Source: Ostrea edulis
Lineage: Eukaryota
Length of the DNA stretch: 64,000 nt
Direction: 5' to 3'
Assembly (NCBI RefSeq): GCF_947568905.1
Contig: NC_079170.1
Coordinates: 77,810,001 to 77,874,000, forward strand
Under the pieces are notes generated by a model. That model was not told the DNA's origin, made no database searches, and saw nothing but the letters and a program-made list of their open reading frames with translations. Both the position numbers and the translations under genes were made by a program. Shown here one piece after another: positions 13,150 through 24,885 of the stretch (within the stretch, counting starts at the first letter, position 1; the number at the start of each line of letters is the position of its first letter).

Positions 13150-13650
13150 CAAATTATTTTATACTCGAATATAAGATTGAACAGCATTGGATTTCCAACT
13201 ACCTTTATCCTTAATTTTGTCTTCGGGTACGCCTCTAAGAACAAATGTGTAGCCCCACCTATTCGAAATGAATGAGTCCAGGGGTCCGTGTTTGCCCAAC
13301 TATCTACTTTGTATTGCTTGGAGGAGTTATGAGATTGATCATTGTTCGTTATCTTCACCTTGCACTCAAAAGTACCAGTGTCCAGGCCAATAACTGTAGT
13401 TGACTTCTGGAGTGCCGCCGTAAATAGATATGATGTTAAAGGTTTTGAATTAAGGTGGCAAAATAATGGACCTTGACCATTAGGTCTGATTGATAAGAAT
13501 TGATGTAAGTGGGCAAATATAGTGGATGTTTGTTTCTTGAGTAGCATTTGAATTGTGGCGCCCTTGCGAAGGTGATCAGTTTTGAACCCCGTAAATATGA
13601 ACTTGATAGGTTATGCCACTCATGTAACATCTAGCAGGTGAATATGATAT
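13150..13650 (-). mobile_element. Tyrosine recombinase remnant (DIRS/Ngaro-like), interrupted by a Penelope-like tail at 13278-13361
   Basis: FKTDHLRKG..HQFLSIRPNGQGPLFCHLNSKPLT..GLDTGTFE[insert]HSFRIGGAT; copy B reads FESHSFQIGGAT without the insert. Confidence 0.75.
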
Positions 13651-13714
13651 TTAATTTGCTGCCCGATATGAGATGTAATTAACAGATTGATCGACTGGTG
13701 GTGACAATGAAAAT

Positions 13715-13858
13715 TTGTTATAAAATATGCTAAGCGAGTGAAACGTTTTCTTGTGAAATCTGTAAAGGAAGCGATCAATGCGCAAATTTGTTACGAAATA
13801 TGCTAAGCGAGTGAAACGTTTTCTTGTGAAATCTGTAGAGGAAGCGATCAATGCGCAT
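13715..13858. repeat. ~72-bp direct tandem duplication (copy A only)
   Basis: TTTGTTA..AAATATGCTAAGCGAGTGAAACG..GATCAATGCGCA twice; single at ~49779-49851. Confidence 0.85.
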
Positions 13859-14355
13859 GGTCAAGATAATTATGTTGCGGGGATTGACGATGATTACCGA
13901 TGGGCATGGCACTAATTAAGGACATAGGAGTTGCCTATCTTGAGCACATAATTGTTGTATTCGTTCCCAATAACGGGACTTAACTGGTATTGAATTAAGT
14001 CTGATTATGTGTAAATTTACATGTAAATGTGCGTTAATGACGTTTTGCCACCGGGAGAGGGCATATAGAGTACCTGTGTTCTTTCCATTCTCTACCCATA
14101 GGTGTCGCTACTCGTTAACACATCTGTCAATGCCGAGATTTCATAATTCTTGTAAAACGCATTGTAAATTCTTAAGCAGACGCATAACTTCGCTTAATCA
14201 AATTATGATGCAGAGTTTTAAGATAAAATTGATTTACCGCTCGTAAACAAATTCCCACAAATTTAGATTTTAATCATAATCAAGTATTTTCTTCCGATTT
14301 TGGTGTTATCTTAGTTAAATTAATCATTTTAATCTTTAAATCCTTAAATTCTGTT

Positions 14356-14416
14356 TCGTTTTCCGTTCCGTTCCGTCTTCTGTTCCGTTTTCCGTTCCGC
14401 GGTTTAGCAAAACCCT
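14356..14416. mobile_element. Orphan right TIR of the intron-5 TIR element (left TIR deleted in copy A)
   Basis: Reverse complement of 44462-44520; homologous to 50341-50402. Confidence 0.7.
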
Positions 14417-14552
14417 AATTCATACGTACTGGCGTAACAAAATAATTTCGGTTATCACTTTGTCGGTATATTGACGTAAAGAAAAAAGAACTAAGGGTTG
14501 TCGGTATGTTGCCATTGCACCACTTGATACGTAATGCACTTATTATTCACAG

Positions 14553-14806
14553 AGGATTCATTTTCTTATCATAATGGGATGAAATTCTCCACAATAGACA
14601 ACGATAACCACCGGTGGAAAAGTAACTGTGCCGCATCGTATGGAAATGGATGGTGGTTTAAAGACTGTATTTATAGCAATCTCAATGGTATATACTATAG
14701 AAAACCAACATCCGGTGGTAAAGGAATGATGTGATATTACTGGGGTCACAAAGGCACAACTGAACCTTTGAAATCTACAAAGATGATGATTAAGCCAAAC
14801 ACCTAA
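14553..14806 (+). pseudogene. FReD-A exon 6 with nonsense codon
   Basis: DSFSYHNGMKFSTIDNDN..NCA..GNGWWFKDCIYSNLNG..GM M*(TGA 14732-14734); original stop at 14804-14806; AATAAA at 14835-14840. Confidence 0.9.
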
Positions 14807-15720
14807 ATGTAATTGGATATGTTCCACGCTGATCAATAAATTCTTAGAACTTCAAGCACTTGATTGGTTATTCATATTCAACTATATCATTAATTTGATA
14901 CGTTATCTCAACTTACATATGGTACACTACAAGTAACAGAATTGTTTTAGAAAAATTTTATTCCAGACGATTTTTGTATCTAAAATGACATTTAGTGTTT
15001 TCATAATGTAAAAATTATAGCCTTTCCATTCTTCTCACAGTTCTGCCAATTTACTCTTCACCAATTGGAACCACGACATACCCTTTTCCAAAGAAAATAT
15101 ATTTTGTTTTATTTCGTGGAAATGACCAATTAAATATATATCCGATTAGTTCACACCTTAACATAGAGGGTGCACCAGCAGGACTGAGGCTACACGACCA
15201 GACTACGTTCTAAATTATATCTTTCATATTTCTGGTTTACCGGTATTAGTAGCTTTGTGGTGAAGGCGCTTCCTGCCCAACAGGGAATTTCCGGGTTGGA
15301 TTCTCGATCCTGGCACTTCTTCTAACTTACGACATTTAACATAGGTAGTGACATTTGCATTATCAATCGTCTAGCTTAACCAATGGCAGTCATGGTTGTG
15401 TTAACACGGAGATTCCTATTACAATAGGCGTTAGGACAATAAAGAACGGTGACTGCCACCGTCCTGAGATTCATGCAGGATTCATGCACATCTCGACGAC
15501 ATTTTAAATTAACGCTGGCGACCTCTTTACATAATTGCAAAAATTGCAAAAGGAAACAACATACAAACAAAAATAGAAAGAAGGATTAACTAAACTTGTT
15601 AACACTTGTAAAAATTATTTTGAGCATATTCCACTTGAAAAAATATAACAGGCACGTAAGTAAAGAAACAGTTATATATGACGATGTGAAAACTACTGCA
15701 GAACTTCAAAAATGATCATG

Positions 15721-16345
15721 AAAGGCGAAAATAACGAACAGTGATCAACCTCATAACTCCTGTAAGCAATACAAAATAAACAGTCGGGCAAACATGAACC
15801 CCTTCACACACCTGAGGTGGGATCAGGTGCCTAGAAGGAGTAAGCATTCCCTGTCGACTGGTCACACCCACTGTGAGCCCTATATCCTGATCAGGTAAAC
15901 GGAGTTATACGTAGTCAAAATCAGTGTGCCAAAAACGGCCTAACAATCGGTATGAAACACGTCAGACAGCATTTGACACAATGATTGGTTGTATTAACAA
16001 ACTAGATCATTATAACGACCATAGAATTTGCGAAATACTCACTTCAATCCAGACTGTTGAAACCCTTGTATCATCATCTTGTTTGTCAGTAGCTTGCCTC
16101 GATTTAAAAACTGACTATACGCAGAACAAGCTCTTACGTATCGAATCAGTTAAGAGATATAAACACCATATGCAGGTGATAATGGGATATTGCTACATAA
16201 ATATGGGAAGTTGACGATAGAGAAGCTGAAATCATCCCGTTTGCAATACAGTTGAGTTGTCAGTTTGCCGTTAATGTCTACTTTCAATAGAATATCTAAG
16301 TATGAAGCAGAAGTGGACGACTCTGTGGTATCTTTTATTTCGAGC
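15721..16345 (-). mobile_element. Penelope-like 3' fragment including the RT C-terminus (paralog 51616-52230)
   Basis: The minus strand encodes a decayed GKLTAN..RDDFSFSIVNFPY..AYGVY..LIR..QQSRLKSAFRKFYGRYNDLV region followed by the tail. Confidence 0.8.
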
Positions 16346-18639
16346 TCACATTGTAGTAAAGAGTAATCGGCGCGAAAATCGATTAAGTATACAAATATAT
16401 GAAGTATATGTTGTAAAAGTGACGGTTAATGTTGTAATAGTCCAAATAGTGGAAAGTAAATATCCCATAAAATTTGCATGATCAGCACCTATTTCGGAGA
16501 TATAGCGGGTTTGAAATTCGACCATGATTAAGGTAAAACAAATTTATGACTAGGATAAAGGAAACTTACTCAATTCAATGCCTAGGGTAACGCATACACA
16601 TACACCCTAGTAAATGAGTAAAATGTTGAATTATTTGATTGTTTTAAGGTTTATCCTAATGTATGAATTTTATATCATTCTTTGGAACAATCGGGTATCG
16701 AGCCCCGGGCCCTTGCATTACAAGTTAGGTGCTACCCAAGCCGATGTAAACTATTTGATGATAATATTGTAATATAGAATTCAAACTTATTTCGGAGATC
16801 ATACAGACTCTTCATACTGAGAAAATAATTTTAAAGAAAACGTAGGAAACGTCTTGAATGTCTTTAAACACCACGAACAATTTAATTCTCTGTGTTCTCA
16901 ATTTTGAGGTGAACACAGTGGGAAACTCAAGTAGAATTTAATAATAGTTAGGGGTTAGGGTTAGCATAACAGTTTATTCAAATTGTCAATGTTTAATAGT
17001 TTTCATTTGCAAACACACATATATATATATTCACACATCGTGGTTATGCTGCAAATATATAAAGACATAATTTCTAATGTATTACAATTATATGGAACTT
17101 ATATCTGTTTGATGAAATTTGGTTGGAAAATTCTGTGACTGCATCGCAAAATTCACTTTTCTGACGATGTAATCAACAGGAACTCTGTAAACATCCATAG
17201 TTACTGTTTACAATTTACTGTATACAATATATCGAATCTCAACGAATCCAAAATATGAGAAGAATCCGTCCTAAATTGTGATGTATCAAATCGACACATC
17301 AGTGGAGTAAATCTCGTTAAAGATGTTCGCTCTCCTGAGTTTTGTAGCATTGCCATTGTTTTAGGAGTATTTTACTGATGTCTACATGGAAGGAGAATTA
17401 TGAAATTAAAAAGAAAAACTTTGTTCATTATGCTTGTTGTAGGGCTATAACGTTTTAAGGTATTCAATGTATTATGACCATATTTCATATCTAATAAATG
17501 GATGGTGGAATTTTTGTAATCATGGTATCATTTTGAAGGGTTCATCAAATAAAAATAATGCACCATAGGAATTTTCAAAATTTTGTTTACTACTTGATTT
17601 ATTTCACCTAAAATTTAACATTGAGGTATATGGGAAAAGCATGTTTTATTACAATATTTTAAGAAAAAATTATATTTTCATACAAATCTCTTGGTAGAAA
17701 GTTACATACACTTTCTCTTAATGAAAATATGAAATAGAATTAATCATTGACCACACACATTTTTAGAAAATTAGATTCTTCTTATTTTTACAAAGGGCAG
17801 ACAACTCTTCCAAAAAGTCTTAAGTGTAAAAAGGTCAGCTTCTAATTATGTACCAGTCATGTGAATTTCATCTGCTTCACTTTCATCATTATTTAACAAT
17901 AAACATTTATGTTGATCTAAATCCTTCAAAATTGTTCATTATCCTTTCATTATACATGGAATACCTTAAATATGAATCTTTTTCCACTTAAGATTAACCA
18001 TCAATTAATTCACATCAACTTGATTTGTCTAGATATGTTGGTATCAAAACAATATAAGCAAAACAAATTAATCATAACATCAACTAAATATGCACTTATG
18101 TCTTTCAAGAATAATTATAATTTTAAAAAGTCCAATTTTTGTGGAATAGACATAAACAATTGCATTTATATACAGAAAAGTTCATCATAAGGCATTAGAC
18201 AGTTCAAAAGAAGCTTGTTGGAGTTTTGTCATTTGTTTTGATTACACATACATAGCTTGGACAAAAGTATTCGCATGACAATGGCCGACATAATTTTAAC
18301 TGACTCCAGCTGACATAATCTAAGTCCCTTTGCTTTCTATTTTTTTCCAGACTCTAAAAACTATTGACTCTGGATACCGAACCTTCTACCATTTATACAG
18401 GACTTGTACCACTTTTGGATCGATGTGACAATGTTAGCAGATGTAGTGATAATGATAATGACGTATGTTACGACTATGATTTACATATATTTAAACGGTG
18501 AACACAGAAAAAGAATAACACCACGAAAGACAAGGGAAATGCCAATGTCAGGATTGACGTTTGCGTCGGCCATTGGATCTACAGTGTGAAGCGTTTGTCC
18601 CAAATCACAAATCGGAAAAAAGAAACTGTGCATTATTTA

Positions 18640-20088
18640 ATATATGAAAAAAATAATAGAAATGAACACATTTTATTTTTTGTTATACTGTTAACAAATG
18701 TATTCTTTACAACATTTCATAATCCATTAATGTTAACGTCGAATAACGTCAATTTCAGCACACTCGAAAGACTCTGGTATTCGAAATTGAATTAACAGTT
18801 AATGATGCGTTTGACCACCATTTGCATTCACGCATGCTTGACAATGGCGCCTCATTGATGCCACTAAAGTGTTCAGAAATGCTTGAGGGATGTTGTTACA
18901 GATGTTGGTTAAAACCTGGCCTAAATCAACCAATGTCACTGACTGATTTGGTAATTGGCGTAGACGTCGTTCCGTTTCATCCCAGACGTGCTCGATCGGT
19001 GATAAATCGGGGAAAACAGCTGGCCAAGGCAAGACATCGACATTCTGTTGAATAAAAAAGTCCCTGACTACACGTGCAACATGTGGCCTTGGGTTGTCTT
19101 CCTACAGAGTGATGTGGTTTTGCTGTCTCTGTATAAAGGGTATCACATGGCGCTGAATAATGTCGTCTCGATAGCGTATGCCGGTGAGATTCCCATTGAC
19201 AATCTCTAGAGGGGTCCTTCCACGAGCTGTTATTCCACCTCACACCATGACGCTGCCTCCACCGAATTGGCCACCTTGCACAACACAAGCGTCCTGGTAA
19301 CGCTCCTCAACGCGACGATACACTCTACAACGACCGTCACTGCTATCCAAATGAAATCTGAATTCATCAGTGAACAGAATATTGGCCCAGTTTCGTATTC
19401 TGAATCGCAAATGTCGTCTACACCACGCTAGTCTAGCGATACGATGACGTTGAAGCAGTATTGGGCGCACCGCTGGACGTCTTGGTCTGATGGTGTGCTC
19501 GCACCGACGATAACGCACAGTTCTTGGACTGATTGGTCGAAGTCCAGTAATGCTACGAACAGTCAAACGTGCTATCTGGAAACGATTTCGCAGGTGCACA
19601 AGTCTAATGTGGTTATCCTGTCGACGCGACGTCACACGAGGACGCCCAGAGAGTGGTCGATCCCGAGTGCTGCCAGATTGTTGGAAACGTCTACATAATG
19701 ACTGGATGGTGTTCCGATGATTTCAACAGTGTCTTGTTACGTATTTTGTGCCATTCGAGCTTGAAGCATCCCACCAACACGATTACATTGCATTTCGCTT
19801 AGTCGTGGCATGACAAAACGGTAAATTTTGTCAAAACTAAAGTACTTCCCTTAACGAATAGTGTTAAAACAAACTTTTTACACTTCTTGCTCCAAACAGT
19901 TTGGCCAGTAAAACTCATGCGTACGAACACTTCAAAAAACAACATCTGTTCACTAACAATGCAAAAGTCCGTGCATCTGAGTCGGGTACTATCCGATATT
20001 GTTAAAAAAAACATCACCTTTATCGATTGTTTAGATTTTATAAATGTAACAATAATTATAGAAAATTTTCTTTTTTCTGCTAGTATAT
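18640..20088 (-). mobile_element. Tc1/mariner transposon, transposase pseudogene at ~18799-19790
   Basis: GRPRVTSRRQDNHIR, ILFTDE, Q*DNPRPHVAR, WPAVFPDLSPIEHVWDE; frameshifts and stops. TIR boundaries approximate and weak. Confidence 0.85.
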
Positions 20089-20187
20089 AATGGGTAGAAT
20101 CAGAATGGTGTTGAACAGAATGGTTTTTGCATGATTCATCACAAAGTAAGAACATAGTAGAATTATTGACACAGTTGTCTATTATGC

Positions 20188-20250
20188 AAGGTGAAGATAA
20201 CGAACAGTGATCAATATCATAACTCCTATAAGCAATACAAAATAGATATG
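20188..20250 (-). mobile_element. Very short Penelope-like 3' tail
   Basis: AAGGTGAAGATAACGAACAGTGATCAATATCATAACTCC. Confidence 0.75.
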
Positions 20251-20696
20251 TCATAAAGCCCCTGCTTTATTGTATTGTGAGGAATAGTGGTGTAAAGTGT
20301 TGAAAAATCGTAACTTTTAACCTGTTGATTTTGAAAAGGTTTGCGATTTCAGGTTTACTAAAAGTTGTTTACAATGTTTAGAATTTCCTGTCTGATTTAC
20401 TCATGTTTTGCAAAATTCCACTTTGAATTACTTTTTCACGCAGTTAATATTTGTGCTAGGAATGAAATAGTGCCTTAGTAAAAAAAAACATTATCCAAAT
20501 TAAAGCCATGATCTTCTGAAATATAATTATGCTAGGTCGTTCTTTACATACTGATCTTTAGTACATATTACTCCGTTTATATAATCAAAATATAGAGCTC
20601 ATGGCGGATATGACCGGTGAACTGTAGAGTAGTACCCCTCCTTGCATCTGATAAGCATCTGGAATATCCAGGTATACCTGTTTGCCATACTCTTGA

Positions 20697-21175
20697 TTTT
20701 GTATTCCTTATAGGAGTTATAAGATTGATTTTGTATTCTTTATAGGAGTTATAAGATTGATTTTGTATTCCTTATAGGAGTTATAAGATTGATTTTGTAT
20801 TCCTTATAGGAGTTATAAGATTGATTTTGTATTCCTTATAGGAGTTATAAGATTGATTTTGTATTCCTTATAGGAGTTATAAGATTGATTTTGTATTCCT
20901 TATAGGAGTTATAAGATTGATTTTGTATTCCTTATAGGAGTTATAAGATTGATTTTGTATTCTTTATAGGAGTTATAAGATTGATTTTGTATTCCTTATA
21001 GGAGTTATAAGATTGATTTTGTATTCCTTATAGGAGTTATAAGATTGATTTTGTATTCCTTACAGGAGTTATAAGATTGATTTTGTATTCCTTATAGGAG
21101 TTATAAGATTGATTTTGTATTCCTTATAGGAGTTATAAGATTGATTTTGTATTCCTTATAGGAGTTATAAGATTG
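20697..21175. repeat. 32-bp minisatellite, ~15 copies (TTTTGTATTCCTTATAGGAGTTATAAGATTGA)
   Basis: Directly visible period of 32; embedded in a degenerate Penelope-like tail (~20595-21195). Confidence 0.95.
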
Positions 21176-21487
21176 GTCCATGTTCCTTTTCTTCACTTTT
21201 TTAACATAATTAATCTTATTAACAAAAATAATTCACACCCTAGAATACTAGTTGATAAGCAAGCCAAAGACTACAAGCAATATAGATATGTTTGCAGACG
21301 TGGTATGTTTTCTTAAACATCTCATTTTCTTTACCCGTCTTATATAAAACTCCCTCGTTGTTTCTGAGGAGTGGTCAAGTCAATCAAAAAAAATTAAGTT
21401 TTGTATTGTTTGTGTGCTTGATCATCTTAGTGATGTATATTTACCTACCTATCTATTTAAAACAGATTCAGGAATTATATTCAGGGA

Positions 21488-21811
21488 ACAGCGGTTCCAA
21501 CAGTCTCGATTGAAGTCAGCATTTCGCAAATTCTATGGTCGTTATAACAATCTAGTTCGTCAATACAACCTAGCATTGGGTCAAATGCTGTCTGACGTGT
21601 TTCATACCGATTGCTAAGCCGTTATTGGCGCACTGATTTTGACTGCGCATAACTCCGTTTACCTGATCAGGATATAGGGCTCACGGCGGGTGTGACGGGT
21701 CGACAGTGCTCCAAGGCACATCTGGTGTATCCAGGGGTCCGTGTTTGCCCAACTATCTATTTTGTATTGCTTATAGGAGTTATGAGATTGATCACTGTTC
21801 GTTATCTTCAC
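21488..21811 (+). mobile_element. Penelope-like RT C-terminus plus 3' tail
   Basis: FQQSRLKSAFRKFYGRYNNLVRQYNLALGQMLSDVFHTDC* then the tail ending TTATCTTCAC. Confidence 0.85.
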
Positions 21812-23377
21812 ATTGCATATATACATGTATATAGTATAAAGCACATATATATTAAGATTCCCATACTAACCTGGATGGAACTTGTGACCTGTGAAAAGTC
21901 CGAGTCGTATAAGATTAACGTTTAGCCAGCGCGTAACAATCGCGGAAGACTCGTTTTTAATGATGATGGGATTCTTCCCAGTCTCTATTACGTGTTAACA
22001 CGCTTGTTTCTGTCAAAACATGGCTGAATTCAAATTCAAGTTGAAAGGGAACTTGGTAAACGATACCATCGTCGAAGAATTCAAGAACAAATGTGATGGA
22101 ATAATCACCACAAAATTAATTGTTTCAAGTTTTTGAATATTGAATTTTATGTTTAGTAATCGGATTTCCTATATCTAGTCTTGTAATGAGGCAATATGTG
22201 CATTACGGCAATTGATATGAAAGTATTCAGTGCTCATGTATTTCATTATCAAATGATTTTGTTTATACGGTGGACTACCATCGAACAACTAATGAAAGTT
22301 ACTTATATAGAATTGTATATCCTAAACATAAGTGTAAATGTGTGATACTCCATATAACCAGTGATCTCTAAGTACGGGCAAAATATCCTGGAGGGGACTT
22401 AGTATAAGCAGACAAAACCAATTACGCGCACGTGTCTTCGACTTGGATGTAACTTTAACTTTGGTTTCTTTAATATCGGGCTAAAATAAAACTCAACATC
22501 GATATTTTTGGTCACTCGGTTGAAACTTGTGTCTTTCCTCTTGTATCCTTTGAATTTTTAATGCCTGGCACTAATCGTATAGAAATAATAACTTCTATCA
22601 CAAACGTCAGTAATAATTGCTAATTTATAGTAACATCGAGCCCGATCTAATAATGACCGATCAGATATGATTTCAAAAATGCTACATGCTCTGGGGTGGT
22701 TTTTAGGTTTTGTAATTGAATTAATTAGTCATATGGAAAAAAAAAAATACCCCGCGTCTCTCATCACTGTGTACGGATTTTGCATTTTACTTGTACTCCA
22801 CTACAGGCAAAGATGACGTACCTGATATCGTTTTGTGAGCTCTAGACACGAGTTTTAATGATTGACATCATCCAACCATGTAATAAAACAGTTGTTATAA
22901 TCACTTCTAACCCTTTACATAATTCATTTGACAATAAATGGTGAGAGTGAAGATTTAAAGAAAGTGATTGCGTACAATGTTAGGAATCATATTGAGGATG
23001 GTCAACAAATAACAAAATTGAACTGTACATTCTGGAGTATTTTGGTTACAATTCGTCGAAGATTTAATTTCGTTTATATATGCTGCCAAAATAAAGATAT
23101 GTAATCGATAAGTATTTTGTTTTCAGAAATCAGATTAGGTTTTATGGCGTTTCTATTCTTATCCTTTGTTCCAAAAATGATTAAAATATTCATATGCTAA
23201 AAATGTGATATGGTATATACAAAGCATTTTCACTTTTAAAGGTCATTGCACTGGTTGCTTTAAAATCTGAACAAACATTGACTTTTTGAAACCACATTAC
23301 AATCTGGTTATTTTGATATAAAATGATATGGCTATGTAATACATTTATGTATCGTACTCATAAATGATTGTATTTCA

Positions 23378-23985
23378 AAGGTGAAGATAACGAACAGTGA
23401 TCAATCTCATAACTCCTAAAACCAATACAAACTAGAGAGTTTGGCAAACACCAGAGTTAGGATAAGGTGCCTAAGAGGAGTACGCATCCCCTTCCAACCG
23501 CTCAAACCCGCCGTGAACACGATATCTTGGACAGGTAAACGAAGTAATCCGTAGTCAAAATCGTTGTGCAAAGAATGGACTACCAATCTGTATGAAACAA
23601 GTCAGATAGCATTTGACCCATTGAAAAGTTGTATTGACGAACTAGATCGTTATAAAAACCATAGAATTTGCGAAATACTGACTTTAAACGAGACTGTTGG
23701 AACACCTACACCATCCACCTTTAGCTAGTAGCCTGCCTCCATTAAAACTGACTGTACACAAAACAAGCTCTTGCGTATCGAATAAGTTGAGAGATATAGA
23801 CAAAATTTGAAGGTGATAGTGGAATATTGCTACATGAATATTGGAATTTGACGATGGAGAAGCTGAAATCATCTCGTTTGTCATAAAGTTGAGTTCTTAG
23901 TTTGCCGTTAATATCAACTTTCAATAAAATATCAAAGTATCAAGTAAAAGTGGACGACTCTGTTGTGTCTTTTATTTCAAGTTTA
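23378..23985 (-). mobile_element. Penelope-like RT C-terminus plus 3' tail
   Basis: GKLRTQLYDKRDDFSFSIVKF..SNIPLSP..VYISQLIRYARAC on the minus strand. Confidence 0.85.
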
Positions 23986-24668
23986 CTGGGATATATCGAA
24001 TCGACATATGAATGGAAATTATTATTGTTAATAGATAATACGTCGTCGATATATCAAAATGTCAACTTGAAGACCAAAACATATTTTTCTTTTCATGTAA
24101 AATTATTTGAATAAAGTCTGTCTCATAGGAATGTAAAACAAGTCAGTGAGGAAAGGAGCACAATTTATGCCCATGAGAATTGCAAAAGACTGTTGGAAAA
24201 CCTGATCAACAAAAACCACGAAGACATTGTCAATGAGGAACTTCAGCATAGTTTATTTAAACTTCAGTGTACTTATGCGTGTAATCAAAGTGGCGTTTAA
24301 CAAAATATTTTGTTGGATAACTGATCACTAGATGGGATGCAACTGTCTATGATGTCAAAAAGTTTAGTCTTTAATTTACCTTGAGGAATGATCGAGTAAA
24401 GTGTTGAACATTCATACTTTTTGAGGTTGTTAATCTCAGAAAATTTTTGTGATTTCAAGTTTATTAAAACCTCTTACATATAAATATATTTCATTAACAC
24501 CATTACTTATACTAAACACTTATGAGACTTAAAAGAAGGATTTGTAGATGAACTAAAGACGGTTTTTATTTTTACTCGTAGATTTCTCTAAAGATAGTGG
24601 AAACTACTCAAAATTGTACATCATGAGAACAGACAAATACACTCACAAACTTTTTTTTTCATTTGCAG

Positions 24669-24885
24669 GTGAAAAACTACATAATGTGTATGTAAACATC
24701 ACAAAACATAGAGCGGAATACCCTTGTGGTTTTCCCTTCGATCAGCTGCCACTGGTGACCTCATTCTGTTTGTATATGAGAAAGACGCCATTGATGTTGA
24801 CGTCGCAACCAATATCCAATCTGAAAATGAAACTGTCGATACTTTTTAGGTCTGAGAAGTGGAGGTCTACAATGAACTGCAATGA
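24669..24885 (+). pseudogene. Decayed F-type lectin terminal exon (third paralog)
   Basis: TTTGCAG|GT GAA AAA CTA CAT AAT..: GEKLHNVYVNITKHRAEYPCGF / SAATGDLILFVYEK / ..SENETVDTF*V*EVEVYN, collinear with 35288-35496; two frameshifts and two stops. Confidence 0.8.

Larger units (their letters stand above)
1639..14806 (+). pseudogene. Fibrinogen-related protein (FReD, ficolin/ryncolin-like) copy A, 6 exons, disabled
   Basis: Exons 1639-1726, 2335-2466, 7117-7261, 10360-10421 (remnant), 11921-12091, 14553-14806. Lesions relative to copy B: 1-nt deletion in exon 3, ~49-nt deletion removing the exon 4 acceptor, TGG>TGA at 14732-14734. Confidence 0.9.

Noticed and set aside
15245-15320. tRNA-like sequences (also ~10265-10320, ~16690-16740, ~48575-48635, ~51170-51240, ~52980-53040)
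   Set aside because: Only box A/B remnants, with no complete cloverleaf; best read as decayed SINE heads, not tRNA genes.
20697-21175. CRISPR-like look of the 32-bp and 17-bp arrays
   Set aside because: Units are contiguous with no unique spacers, there are no cas genes, and the context is eukaryotic.
21648-21715. Twister- or HDV-like ribozyme in the Penelope-like tail (TAACTCCG, CCGGTC motifs)
   Set aside because: The required pseudoknot partners (e.g. AAGCCCGG) could not be found by eye.
22019-22060. AAACATGG start followed by GTAAAC, a possible first exon
   Set aside because: Too short, weak donor, and no downstream exon identified.
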